Shown here: positions 24,076 through 37,745 of the stretch, piece after piece
Layout: each line of letters begins with the position of its first letter
Numbering within the stretch: the first letter of the stretch is position 1
NCBI GenBank assembly: GCA_951406725.2
Contig: OX597834.1
Span: forward strand, 23,808,001 to 23,872,000
Direction of reading: 5' to 3'
Length of the DNA stretch: 64,000 bases
DNA from: Octopus vulgaris
Lineage: Eukaryota
Made by a program: the position numbers and the translations under genes
Notes under the pieces: model-generated
The model's database searches: none
What the model was told of the DNA's origin: nothing
What the model saw: the letters and a program-made list of their open reading frames with translations, nothing else

Positions 24076-25307
24076 AAGTCCTTGTTGTGACTTGACAGAT
24101 AGTACAAACCCCTGGTACATGCAGTATCTTCAATCTACAACATCACAATATTGTGTACTGTGTGACATCTTCAGTAATAATAATAATTGTTTCTATTTTA
24201 GGTACAAAGCCAGCAATTTTCTGTAGAGGTATTTAGTCTATACTATTGATCCCAGTTCTTGACTAGTACTTTATTTTATCAAGCCTGGATGGATGAAAAG
24301 TCAAGTTGCTCTTGGTGGGATGTGAACTCTGAATCATCATCATCATCATCATCATCGTTTAATGTCCGTTTTCCATGCTAGCACGGGTTGGATGGTTCGA
24401 CTGGGGTCTGGGAAGCCAGGAGGCTGCACCAGGCTCCAGTGTTTCTACAGATGGATGCCCTTCCTAATGCCAACCACTCCGTGAGTGTAGTAGGTGCTTT
24501 TTACGTGCCAGGGGAGCCTGGCAGCAACCACGATTGGTTGGTGCTTTTTACGTGCCACCGGCACAGAAGCCAGACAGGGCGGCACTGGCATCGGCCACGT
24601 TCGGTTGGTGCTTTTTACATGCCACCGGCACAGAAGCCAGTCAAGGCGGCGCTGGCATAATATAAACTACTATAACTAAACACTATGAGGTATTGTGTCT
24701 GATGTTCTAATCTGTCAATCTACTGTAATAATAATAATAATAATAATGAAAATTGTTTCTAATTTTGGCACAAAGCCAGTAATTTTATGGGAAGGGGGAA
24801 AACCAAATACATCGACCTCAGTGCTTGACTGGTTCTTTATTTTATCAGTCCTGAAAGGACAGAAGGTAAAGCTCTTACCTTGGTAGTTATTAAACTCAAT
24901 GAAAAGATGATGATAAATTAAAAAGTGTGTGTGTGTGTGTATACATGCATAAATATACATAGGGCATGGCTGTGTGGTTAGGGAGCTTGCTTCCTAGCTA
25001 CATGGTTTCGGGTTCAGTCCCACTGTGTGGCACTTTGGGTAGGTGTCTTCCACTATAACCCCGAGCCGACCGGAGCTTTGTGATTGAATTCGGTAGGCGG
25101 AAGTTACTGCCGTGTGTGTATGTGTGCGTGTAGCTGCTCAGTGCCTCTCTGAAAGAGAGAGAGGGAAGTATTTGTACACATGTGTATTCCTATATTCATG
25201 TATGTATATTCCATCTGTATATATGTGTGTTTTAATCGGATTTTCCTAAAGTTATCTTTAATTTGATGTCTAATAAAAATTTTGACCATGTTTATTTTCT
25301 TTCTTAG

Positions 25308-25442
<135 letters not shown>

Positions 25443-25600
25443 TGAGCATAGTAGTTGTGGGGATGGTGTAGGAGAGTCCCCTCTATTCTTCTGTTCATTC
25501 CTGTTATTATTTGGCTTGGCTTGGTTTTTACAACAGGATGTCCTTTCTAACACTAACACATACGTGCACATGTTTGTGTAATAAATATGTGTGTGTGTGT

Positions 25601-25642
<42 letters not shown>

Positions 25643-25680
25643 TAAATCTCTGAACGGGGTATAAACAGTAACTGCATGAC

Positions 25681-25855
25681 AATGTGAGGTATATTTGCCA
25701 TCTCATTATGGCTAACCACTAAAGGTGGGTGTTACTGTAGCTTTTAGCCCCAGGAGAACATCAGCCAGCTGGAGACGATGTTCTCCTGGGGCTACAAGCT
25801 ACAGTAACACCCACCCTTAGTGGTTAGCCATAATGAGATGGCAAATATACCTCAC

Positions 25856-25858
<3 letters not shown>
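25681..25858. repeat. Fold-back palindrome, 82-bp arms and 14-nt loop
   Basis: Arms 25681-25762 and 25777-25858 with 2 mismatches, lying between (TA)n tracts. Confidence 0.95.
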
Positions 25859-25914
<56 letters not shown>

Positions 25915-26642
25915 ATGAATGCATGTTATATAACATTGAGATAATGAATAGAGAGTAGAAATTTTATTCACATCTGAAAACTTTAAAAAATTTTCTACAG
26001 CAGTTGTATCTGACCTACATATTTTTCGACTGCAGCAGCTGCACATTGCTTTGTATGCAATTATGCATTCTAGCCATTGCGATTTCATCAAGGGTCCAAC
26101 ACTTATAACATTTTCAAAGTGAACTGATTTAAACAAGTGTCCTGCATTGGTATTCTGTTGAAGGTAGTAGCATTATTGTTTATATTTTGATGGAATGTTA
26201 GTCTTCTAATCCATCTCTGCTGGTATTACAGTTGAAGTGTGGTTTTCAAATGTTTATTCAGATTTCAGTTAATTGTAGCAGTTTTGTTTACTTGTTGCTG
26301 TAAGGAGTACATGATTTATTCAGAGTTTTTTTTTTCTTATTTTCAGTTTATACTCTGAATTAATATTATTGTTATTATTTAAGATGTCACACAGTATCCA
26401 ATATCATGATGTTGCTGATTGAAGATATTGTATCTACTGGGGGTTTGTATTGTTTGTCAAGTCACAACGAGAACCTCAGACTGACAGTACTTTATGCAAT
26501 ATGTGTGCACCATGTAGCAATACAACCATGTAGAAATTCAACAATGATATAATTAAATCATGCCATATAGAAAAAAATTAAATATACGATAAAACATTTA
26601 CCTAGAACTAAATAAAGTGCAAAATAATGAATAATTAGTAAA

Positions 26643-26727
26643 TAGATTACACATGTTTCGTGGCTATATTTTCATATTGATAACAGTAAAGTCAATTCAA
26701 TTCAAATATAGTCACTCATCAGGTCCA
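26643..26727 (-). ncRNA. Hammerhead ribozyme-like motif with long stem II
   Basis: tggac CTGATGA gtgactatattt...aaatatagccac GAAAC ATGT GTA atcta; stem I has a mismatch next to the core. Confidence 0.55.
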
Positions 26728-27715
26728 AGATAAAAACAATAAAATAATTAAATAAATATACGTATATTATCTTATAAGAAAATATAAATAAATATAAAAA
26801 TACGTAATTTTCAACAAAAAAAATCGTACAAAATTCAGTTATATATCTTAAAATAAAAACACGAAATATCTTAACAAATATATTCCGTTAATGAAATCTT
26901 TAAAGTTAATACATAGGACTTATTGCTTATAATAAATTTATCTCGTTAAGAATGTGGTATAAATAAAACTAGGATAAATAGATATAAATATTTATTTTAT
27001 CAATAAAAATATATTTTAGCTTATAGAAGAAAAAATAACAAACTATAGTATATCATTACTGGAAAATTCACCTTTGAAGGTAATAAAAATGTAAACATGT
27101 AAAACTAAGTGAATAAAATAATATTGCAACATTTCAGTTTCTTTTCGGTATCCCCTCATATACATAATTGTGAATGTTTATATCTTTCACACATGCACAT
27201 AGACATATATGCTCATGCACCCAATATATCATACCTGTACATAGAAGGAAGGGATGGCTATGAATTGCCAGGATGTGGTGGCAAATATGCATGTCCATTG
27301 AATGATTCTTGATGTGTTGAAAACAGAGTTGTAAACTTAGTGAAAACTACTAGATGCTATATGAGAACTACCAAGAATTAATCAGCTAATTAATATTAAT
27401 GAAAATATGATTAGTCTACAAAGATGGTGACTGCCATTAAAGTCTAGATGAGAAAAACAGCTGTTTAATACTAATGACACTACTACTGCTACTAAGTGCT
27501 TGTCATTAAGATTCAGAGGAAAGAAAGCAATGTAAAACAGTTTGAGATTACCTGTTAACAAAAGGACTTTAAAAAATCTGAGATGCATAAAAATTGAAAT
27601 CATAGTTAGCCTGCTCTATCTGGCTGATCAGAAGCTAAAAAACAATTGCAACATCTTGAAACTAATCAAATTGAACTCTTATGTTGTTCTTTATATTGTC
27701 ATTTTTACTTTGTAG

Positions 27716-27788
27716 CTTCTGGGACATTTACTGTTTGTGGCAAAGAAAGTGGCTGCTCAACAGAAACTAGATAATGGTTTCCGTGTGG
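27716..27788 (+). CDS. HINT2: HINT2 coding exon 4
   Basis: ttttactttgtag|LLGHLLFVAKKVAAQQKLDNGFRV G|gtaagt. Confidence 0.95.
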
Positions 27789-29124
27789 GTAAGTATATGG
27801 TATGACTAGTTGTGAGTTCAAATGTATGACTTGTATTTCTTAGTGCTTCTGGAAGAGCTCTATATGAATCACTCCAGCTAGATGAGGAGAACTGGTACCA
27901 GATTATGTCAGTTATTTAATATTACAATGTCCAAAGTGATACCCTGGTTTTATTGAGTAGCCATGCATGGATAAAGTAATAAAGCACTACCAACTTGTTG
28001 TTTTGAGTTCAAGTCCATCACAGGGATTTTTATTGTAGTTCTGGACAGAACATTTTATTGAACATTATTTCAGTTGTCAGAAGCTGTTAGAAGAATAAAT
28101 ACCATATCACCAGAAAATGTTGTTTGACAGACTGGTGCCATATCTCAGGAGATATCTCTCATCAGAGCATCTCTGGTGTAGTGGCACAATATATTTTACT
28201 GTACCTAAAAAGCACCAACCGATCGTGGCCGCTGTGAGCCTCCCGTGGCACATAAAAAGCACCCACTACACTCAGGGAGTGGTTGGCGTTAGGAAGGGCA
28301 TCCAGCTGTAGAAACACTGCCAGATCAGACTGGAGCCTGGTGCCGCCTCCTGGCTTCCCAGATCCCGGTCGAACCGTCCAACCCATGCTAGCATGGAAAA
28401 AGGAGGTTAAACGAAAAAAAAAAATGTACCTCAGTTTATATAGTTATCAGTAAGAATGAGTACCATCTAATCAGCTGGTAAAGTTATGTGGGTAAACTTG
28501 GTGCAGAACAAATATTACAAAGGACTTTGAAAAGAACAGATTTTGATTTGTTTGTTTTTTTCACTAATGTCTATATCCATCATCAAAAGGAACACATACA
28601 AACACACATACACATGTATAAATATATAAAGTAGATTTCAGTACTGTTTCTAAATACCATTCATAAAAATTAGTCAATCTGATACTATGGCAGGAAACAG
28701 TGAAGGCAATACAAAGTGAGATTTAATCCAGAACAACACAGCTATACTTTGTTCCATAGACATTTAATAATGGCTTCCAGCAATTTTGAGAGATGGGGTT
28801 AGTGAAGTCAATAAGCTCAGATGGATGAAAGCAGCGTTGGAGAATAACTTGAAGAAAGAAGCAGAAAGGGGAGGAGGGTATAGAGCCCCATTGTGAGAAC
28901 ACATCAAATACAACAACAAACACAAAAACAACAACTACAGCCCATTTCACAACCACTCCAATAAAGACAACAGGAACATCAACAAGAAAACACAAAAACA
29001 ACAGCCAAAACAGAAACAATAGGAGCTTGGTGCAGCCATCTGGTTCGCCAGCCCACAGTCAAACCATCCAACCCATGCTAGCATGGAAAGCGGACGTTAA
29101 ACGACGACGATGATGATGATTGAG

Positions 29125-30730
29125 AGGGTGGGACAAATGCTGGCTTCAGTGAGGCTATGATCAATTTGGATATATCTAAAGCCTTTGTTAAATTTGACCA
29201 ACTGAAGTTGGAAACCATCCTGAAATCAACTGGATTTGGACCCGTTCGTAGAGATTATATCATGGCAATGCATTGCAGTACTTGTTCAGTGGTCAAAGTA
29301 AAAAGTGACCTGTTGGAACCATTTCACATTGCACACTCAGTTCATCAGGGTTGCCTGCTCACACCTCTTCTGTACATGCTGGCTCTTGAGCCACTGCTGT
29401 GTAAGCTGGAACCGGAACACAGGAGAGTAGTGTTGGCATATACAGATGACATTATCATGGTATCAGATGCATTTTGAGTTGAGGTGGTCAGCACCATTCT
29501 AAAGAAATACAAGTTGGTGGCAGGCAAAGGTGGTAAATGCCTATATCACCTCCATTATTTTTTATCACCTGACTGTCATACCTTGACCCAGCTATTGCCT
29601 GATCAGATTGGAACATCTGTTATTTATTTTCTTGTGAAAAAGATGTGTTCAGTGGTCAGTCAGCTGCCAGCACCCTCTCTATGGCAGCTTAGGTATGCCA
29701 TGGGTGCTGATGTGCAGATATGAGCTGTGAGTGCATCATTTGCAATGATTTCTAGACAGTGAGTGTGTATGAACTCCCCTTGGGAGGCACATCTTCCCGC
29801 AGCCCATCTCCTTGGCAGAGCTGCTGTCCTGGGTAAAGGAGGGATTGAGACTGGGTGCCTGGTACCTAGACTGTCAGGTGCTCACAGCCCTCCACCAGTT
29901 GAGCAATAGGATTGGTGGATGTTCCACTTTAGCAATATATAGACAATTTGTGGCTGAGAAGTGCAACAGCATTTATGGAGTGACTTTGGGCATCGCTAAA
30001 AACGAGGAGACTTGTCTGCTCTGGTAGACTTTCTGGTTGGGGACTACCATGGATAATTTTCAGAAGTCCTGGGCCTGGCAATGCTACTGAGGGGCACTAC
30101 CAGTTTCAGATAAACTCTACAGGCACAGATATTGCCATCAGACAGGTTTATCTGAGATGTGTGCAGAGCGCATTACTGACTTGTGGAATTGTCAAACAGT
30201 TGCTGTTGTATGTAAGGCAGATCTGTCTATCAGCCAAGTCCATAGTGAAGATTACTCCACTACCCTCCTTTAACAGGATAGCTGAGGTACTTTTCCTTTG
30301 TCTGGTGGATGAGGCTGAAAGGTATGATGACAGATATATTCCCCTTTGGTAGAGCTGTCATTGACTATTTCAAGTTTCACTTGAAAAGAAAGAAAAGGCA
30401 GAGAAGGAGAGAGGGTTGCTGTCCCTAAGCATATGTACTGAAATATAGGTCTAAGTGTCAAAAATGATGAGTGGAATCGGAGAACAGGAAATGGTGAGAG
30501 CACTTATCCCAGGTGTCCAAAGACATCTTGAATGGTGAGGTTCCTCAATTGGCCCTAGAGATCCTCTTGTATCAGGAGGACCACATCATTATTACCCTCT
30601 TTAACAGATGTGTACTATATATATTTCTTTTTATTTTTACTGTATAGTGTGCATACCTTTTACATATTTTTTCCTTTCATTGTATTTATATGGTTGCCCC
30701 TCACACATTGCCATGATGACAAATAAAAAG
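29125..30730 (+). mobile_element. Degenerate L1/Tx1-clade LINE 3' part
   Basis: INLDISKAF, SVHQGCLLTPLLYMLALEPLL and AYTDDI RT motifs; ends aaataaaaagaaat. Confidence 0.75.
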
Positions 30731-30879
30731 AAATCATTATTATCACTTTGAGTTTTTCTTCCTTCAGTTTTGTTTCTATTTCTTGCTGAGTGTCTTCATG
30801 ATATCTAGGGCAAAGAAAAGCACTGTATACATTGATAGACCATTAAAATAAACACACCAGATTAAATAGTTAAAAATAA

Positions 30880-32260
30880 ATTATTTACATGGTTGGTTTT
30901 CATTCTCACAGCAACAATGCTCTACTCAGTATGTGTGACATACAGGTTTAAATAATCTTTTGCACTTCTTGCAGGAATGGTAAGCCAGGGATCATTCTCA
31001 AGTAATTTTCAGTTCCTTTTTTGATCATTCCTAGTGCTCATGCAATCACTGGTGTTGTAACCATCTTGAGATGCCACTTTGTTTTGATTTCAATGAGCAA
31101 ATTTTTATATTTTTTGAGCTTGTCAAATTCTTTTGCTGCAATATTATGATCACAAAGGATACTCATATTAATCAATAAACAAACTTTAATATTTTGGTCT
31201 TCTACAGCAATGTCCAGTTTATTAGCTTTGATGGTTCTATTTGTAAGTACAGGAAAGTCTCAAAGCATTGTTACATTTTCGACCTCGGTTGCAACCTCAG
31301 AGTGATGCTTGTATCACTTGTCAACTTGGTTTTACAGTGTCGTCATATTAACCAGTGTAGCTATTGGACAACTCTGTCATGTCTTGATTTATACTTTGCT
31401 AAAACTTTACATCCAGAGATTAGGTAGTCCGCTGTTTCAATCTCATCATTGCAGAATTGGCACTTTGAATCTACTTCATTTTTCATCACATTGACTTGGC
31501 AGTTCTGGTTCAATAAGCTCTGATCTTGTGCAGCTAAGATGAAGCCTCCACTCTCTGCCTTTTACCCTGAGTCCTGCAGCCATTGATGGATGTTTCAATC
31601 TCATCATTGCAGAATTGGCACTTTGAATCTGTTCCATTTTTCATCACATTGACTTGGCAGTTCTGGTTCAATAAGCTCTGATCTTGTGCAGCTAAGATGA
31701 AGCCTCCACTCTCTGCCTTTTACCCTGCGTTCTGTAGCCATTGATGGATGTGCTTCTGGTGTACATCTGCTTGTTTGCTACAGGCCACATATTTGCCATT
31801 CAGGGGTTTCTGCTCCCATCTGTCAGCCAATTGCTTGTGCACTTTTATCTTTGCTATTAATTTCATCCTCTTTGCAACAGTAGTTGTTCAGTCTGGGTAT
31901 CATGCATGAGATCAATAGAAAATGTTTTGCTTTCCTTTATGACAGACTGAAGTTTCTTATGCCTCTCATGATTTTCAACAAGTTTTAGCAGCCAGTTGTT
32001 TGTTGTTTCAAGGTATTTGACCAGTCTAATTGTGATGGTTTTGTAGAAGAGTTTAAACTGGATCAAGTCTCAACCTCCTTGGGCTCTGGGAAAGTAAAAG
32101 TGATCTATATCTACCTTTGGGTGGTGCATCTTATTATAACTCAACAGCTTGTATATTTTTCTGTCAATTTTCTTCACTTCCCTGATATTCCAGTTCAACA
32201 CATTGCAGCTAGTGTTTAATGAATGTATTGGCCAACTCTGTAGTGTCTAGTTTCGTTTTT
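30880..32260 (-). mobile_element. Degenerate RLE-type (R4/Dong-like) LINE fragment
   Basis: LYFPRAQGG and PVIA.AL-type motifs, similar to 44590-45320; contains a 158-bp tandem duplication. Confidence 0.6.
31433..31751. repeat. 158-bp tandem duplication inside a LINE fragment
   Basis: TGTTTCAATCTCATCATTGCAG starts at both 31433 and 31591. Confidence 0.95.
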
Positions 32261-32432
32261 GGTTGGAATCAAGTTTGGACATCCAGATCCTATATGGTCA
32301 AATTGTTTCATTATGAGCATCACAAACTCTGCTTTTCAGGACATAAGCTTGATATTGTTAGTATTGTAATTATATTTTTTAATTTGTTTCTTTGAAAAGC
32401 TTTAAAAAATATCTAACAAAGTGTAAAATTAA

Positions 32433-32558
<126 letters not shown>

Positions 32559-33842
32559 CAGGATACAATTGTTCAGCATCTGATCCTTCTGCCTTTTCTA
32601 ATTTGCTTTCAGTTTTCTGTTCCTTTTTGTTTTGTCTTAAAGGACTAATGGAATCACTTATGTTCTTTGATAGCTAATCAGGTGATAGATATTATATAAA
32701 GTTTAATTTACAGAAACCTCTTCAGCAGTATTTTATACTATCAAAACGGAATGGTGTTAATCTGGTTGTAACCCATATATCTGTTTGTTAATCTCTCCCC
32801 CCCCCTCTCACCCTTCCACCTCTCTCTATATATAAAACTATTTCTCAAAAGATGGTAAGATGTATTTTGTTAAATGATATATAAAAGTACTCAATAAACT
32901 CTGTAATGAACAACAGAGCTATATATAATATATAATACTATAATGTAAATGGTTGGACCCTAAAAAATGAAATCATGTTACATACATTAAAATAAAGCAG
33001 GAGAAACACTGCTTTGGTGGTGGTATTTCTCCTAATTCTTGTGAAAGTTTCTTGTTTTTTAACCTCCTTTTGCTTTTGTTAAAATTGGAACTGAATTTTC
33101 TTGCATCAAAGTGTTATTTTTCTGTTCTAACAATTACAGAACAACTTTTATTCCATTTAAAACAGGATGGAATTACATAGACTTTACATATATGGGTCAT
33201 CAAGTGGAAGTTGGTTATTATTAATCAGTAATGCCATTGTTGTATTGCACTAAGTTTATCTAAGTAAACCAAACCCACATGGGAGTCTTTATGGTTAGAA
33301 TCTTTATTCAGCTGAGTGACTGAGCTTTGACACTAAGCTGATAGCAACCTTAAATAGTCTTAATCAACAAGTGAAATGCATGCAATGCTACAATGAAATT
33401 AACTTAACATCATGTGTCTCAGAAACAAATCTAACACCATTTGTAGTATTTGTTCCTGTATCAGTTGTCAAATCGCAATCATTATTAATAGAGTCTGAAA
33501 TAACATTCAAAGACTGAGAGACTGTTTTCACAATATCAATATTTGTATCATTGTTTCTTTGGTCTGCATGAGCTGGTAAACACTGTTCTCCATTAAAAAT
33601 CACAACTGTATCGTTACCTCTTTGAGCTATAAACCTAGCTCCGTATGGTTCGTTTTATCAGTGCCAATAGCAAATTGGAACTGTAGATCCACAAGGCATT
33701 GTTATCTGTCTACTATGTAAATAGATGGATAAAGAATTCTTTTGGAGTGAAGGATTGACCCAAATATTCCACCTGTTAAAATTGACCAGATCCAACTTCT
33801 CACACCTATCCTACAATGTCATTCTAAAAGTATACAAACACA

Positions 33843-34710
33843 TCATTAAAATCATCATCTGAAAAGTGTTTCCCCTTCAAAAAAGACCTCATGGTTGGAA
33901 AATGGTGGAAGTCAGATAGTGCAAGGTCAGGAGAGTAAGGGGGATGAGGAAGGACTTCATAGCCACAGGATTGTGCTTTCATTTGGGCAACCTGCATATT
34001 GTGAACTGGGATGTTGTCTCGGAGGAGGCAGACTCCTTTGGTCAGCATGCCATGCCTCTCTGCTTTCATGGTGTCCTGCAATTTGTGCAGCAGAGAAGCA
34101 TAATATTCTCCATCAATTTTGGTACCTTTTGCAAGAAAATCCATCATCACTAATCCATGCTGGTTCCAAAAGACTGAGCATCACCTTGCCTGCTGAAGGT
34201 TGGATATGGGCTTTCTTCCGAGGTGGTGAGTTATCATGCCTCCATTGCTTTGACTGGTTCATAGTGATGGACTCTTGTTTCATCCTGTGTGATATGTCTG
34301 CCGAAAAAGTCCTCCTCATTTTCTTAGCACATTGCCAAAAGAGCCTGGGAGCAATTGACTCATTCCTGCTTCTGAAAAGGTGTGAGCATCTGTGAAATCC
34401 ATCGTGCAGACAACTTCTGCATGTGCAAATGGCTATGAATGATTTTTTCCATAGAACCCAACACTTATCTTCACTTCTTGGGTTTGCTACCAAATAGTTA
34501 TGTGGCGATCCTTCAAAATGGCAGCTTCCATTTTATGGATAGTGTCATCATCAATGGCTAAATGTGGTTGTCCAGGAATAGGAGCAGTTTCCACTGATGT
34601 CCAACCACATTTGAACTGGTAATGCCAGTGCTTGACAACATCATATAATGGTATGTCATCACCATAAACTTTCATCTCACCAAAAGTCTCTCTTGGTGTA
34701 ACCTTTCAAG
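33843..34710 (-). mobile_element. Mariner fragment
   Basis: SAGKVML, DNIPVH and PHPPYSPDLALSDFHHFP motifs. Confidence 0.88.
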
Positions 34711-34720
34711 TATATTCATT

Positions 34721-35023
34721 TCATTGTTTGACCGTGGTTGAGACAATGGAATTTACTATATTAGGCCAGACTTCATGGTCCATCATAGCATTACGGAGGT
34801 CCTGTTGCTGGATGCCTGTATCCCTGGAGATTACATCAGGGTAGGAGAGTGTGTGCCCTCTGGTATCGTGAGCAGATGGCTTCCAGAGGAGAAGAGTAGA
34901 AATTAGCTCGTTTTCAGCTCTACAACAATGTCCAGCAAACTGGACTCTCCTACCTTTCACAAGAGATGATACAGGTGTTAATTTCCCATATACTTGTACT
35001 TTGGTTGGATGACGCTTCCACAA
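34721..35023 (-). mobile_element. RTE-like LINE C-terminal fragment (second family)
   Basis: WKRHPTKVQVYGKL...RRVQFAGHCCR...LLLWKP. Confidence 0.75.
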
Positions 35024-35506
35024 GAGATTTGGTCACTGATTTGCATTCATCTGCCTCCTATTGTAACACCTTAGTCCACTTCAGCAGTCGTAAAAGACAA
35101 ACGAATACAAGTGGAAAGCAGCAATTTACAATGTGGCATGTAGAGACATATATGATTATACATGCACAAGTTCCGTTTCTTGCAATAACCGAAAGTGGGT
35201 CAGGGGAAATCTTTAATGAACACCTCTCATATATTGTTTTGATTCGTGGTCGTCTGCCAGCCTTGTCTGGCACCTGTGTCGGTGGCACATAAAAACACCA
35301 TCCAAGCGTGGCCGTTCGCCAGCCTCGTCTGGCACCTGTGTCGGTGGCACATAAAATCACCCACTACACTCTCGGAGTGGTTGGCGTTAGGTAGGGCATC
35401 CAGCTGTAGAAACACTGCCAGATCTGACTGGCCTGGTGCAGCCTTCGGGCTCCCCAGACACCAGTTGAACCGTCCAACCCATGCTAGCATGGAAAGCGGA
35501 CGTTAA

Positions 35507-35537
<31 letters not shown>

Positions 35538-35544
35538 CATCACT

Positions 35545-37015
35545 GCAGAACTTCAAGAGGATATGATTAAATTGTTTGGTTTTCCATACCTACGGTGGTA
35601 TGTCATCAAGGCAGGTACTCTGTTCGATGTTCGATTTCAATGCTTTCAGAACAGTTTCCAGTGAAGCATTTGTAAAGTTTCCACATTTGATATTGATTTG
35701 TTCTGATATTTGTTGTATCAACTAAATCTGGAAGTTTGCCAGGGAGATTTTGGAAGAGATTTTTTTTCACTTGTTTGCTTAGAGTTTTGACTTGATTGGA
35801 TTTTTTATCCACTGATTTCATTAATGGTTTTCCAGGCTGATGCAGATTGATTATTTTTGATTGAGGATTGAACTAGTTTGATTTTTTTTCTGCTGAATAA
35901 ATTATTTTTGAATTGCTTAATGTTTTGTATCACTTTTTGTGGGTACTTTATTCTTTAATTCTGCAGTTTCTTTAAGTGTTTGTCTCATCTCTTGGCTTTT
36001 CCCATTGAATGTTTTCTTATTTTAGTTTTTGGAATATGTTCTTCTGCAGCATTTTTATGTTTTAATGAGTCTCGTGTTTTTTTTTTTGTTTGGTGTTACA
36101 TCATAGGGTATTTGGAGGAGAGAGAGCTAAAGCTACTTGCTGACATGGCTTATCTGTTGTGAATATCTGGATTCCTTAGGGCACCCCAATCATAGGTTTT
36201 GCAGTTGTTTTCTGGTTATATTTTTATGAATGCTAGCCAAATCTTTGCTGTGAGTGTTTAATGGTCAGAGGTGAAATTACAGCAAAAGTTGTAAATCTCA
36301 CAGTTTATAGCACTATTAATCCATTTACTGTTTATAGGCATAAAATCTAGCTGTGCTTTGGTACCATTTGGACTGAATGTGTTAGGAGTTTTCATTTTCT
36401 TTTCTGAAATTTAGTGTTTAGGTAAATAAGTCCATTTACCAAGGTGGCGAGCTGGCAGAAACGTTAGCACACCGGGAAAAATGCTTAGTGGTATTTCGCC
36501 TGCCACTACGTTCTGAGTTCAAATTCTGCCGAGGTCGACTTTGCCTTTCATCCTTTCGGGGTCGATTAAATATGTACCAATTATGCACTGGGGTCAATAT
36601 AATCGACTTAATCCGTTTGTCTGTCCTTGTTTGTCCTCTCTGTGTTTAACCCCTTGTGGGTAGTAAAGAAATAGGTAAATAAGTCCATTCTCTTTTATAT
36701 ATTCCTGTAGGTAGTTTCCATTTCTTCTTGTAAGTGGATATGGTGTGTATCTGTACATAAGATCTTGTCCATGGTTTGCCTTCATATCCCCAACAACTAT
36801 TGTGAGATTATGTTGGGGTATGTCTCTAGCTAAATTTGAAAAGCTCTCATAGAATTCAGTCACATCCTCAAGTGAGACATTTGTTGGACTATAACATAAA
36901 ATGATTGTAGGTTTTGGATTACTATTAAATCTTGTTACTCTAATTCTAGAGTAAACTTTTTCAATACAATTTAAAGCCTTCATTGTGCAATGAAGGGCTT
37001 AGTAGTATTCCTACT
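35545..37015 (-). mobile_element. LINE apurinic endonuclease/linker fragment
   Basis: TIILCYSPTNVS..EFYE..IPQHNLTIVVGDM, then LDFM, SDH and DDIPP.VWK remnants; interrupted by a SINE at 36442-36676. Confidence 0.8.
36442..36676 (+). mobile_element. SINE family C (Meta/Ceph-like central domain) with TSD
   Basis: Head AGGTGGCGAGCTGGCAG..GAGTTCAAAT, core GGTCGACTTTGCCTTTCATCCTTTCGGGGTCGA; the sequence AGGTAAATAAGTCCATT is duplicated at both ends. Diverged copies at about 38255-38460(+), 24180-24330(-) and 24750-24880(-). Confidence 0.82.
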
Positions 37016-37044
37016 GTTATATCCTTATACCTCTAAAATCGTAG

Positions 37045-37745
37045 ATAATGTCGATGCGTAGGCTTGAAAGAAATGAAGCTAGCATGATCCGCTGGATGTG
37101 CAATGTCAGTGTGCATGCACAACAGAGTGTAAGCACCCTGAGAGAAATGTTGGACATAAGAAGCATCGGATGTGGCATGCAGGAGAGACGTTTGTGTTGG
37201 TATGGTCATGTACTATGGATGGATGAGGAAAGATGTGTGAAGTGCCACTCCCAAACAGTTGAAAGAATCCGGGGTAGAGGTAGATCCAGGAAGATATGGG
37301 ATGAGGTGGTCAAGCATGACCATTGATCATTGGGCCTCATAGAGGCAATGATGAAAGACCGAGATCTCTGGAGATATGCTGTGACTGCGAAGACCTGACA
37401 AATGAAGTGAGTTCATGGCTCACAGGACGGCCTGCTGTGCTTACCTAGGATCGTAGGGTGACCTGCTGTGCTTGAGGAGACCTATTGAGTCAAGTGCATC
37501 AACATCAAAATAAAAATCAAATGGAAATTGTAGTTGTGATACCTGTGCCGGTGGCACGTAAAAAGCATCATCCGAACGTGGCCGATGCCAGCGCCACCTT
37601 GACTGGCATCTGTGCTGGTGACACGTAAAAAGCACCAGCCTCCTCTGGCCCCTGTGCCGGTGGCATGTAAAAGACACACACTACACTCACAGAGTGGTTG
37701 GTGTTAGGAAGGGCATCCAGCTGTAGAAACACTGCCAGATCAGAC
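37045..37745 (+). mobile_element. 5'-truncated RTE LINE
   Basis: RRLERNEASMIRWMCNVS...QERRLCWYGHVLWMDEE...GRGRSRKIWDEVVKHD plus the 3' UTR. Confidence 0.88.

Noticed and set aside
33735-33790. Splice acceptor ttttaacag extending the 33388 frame
   Set aside because: It lies inside a decayed piggyBac-like MITE fragment homologous to 50243-50400.
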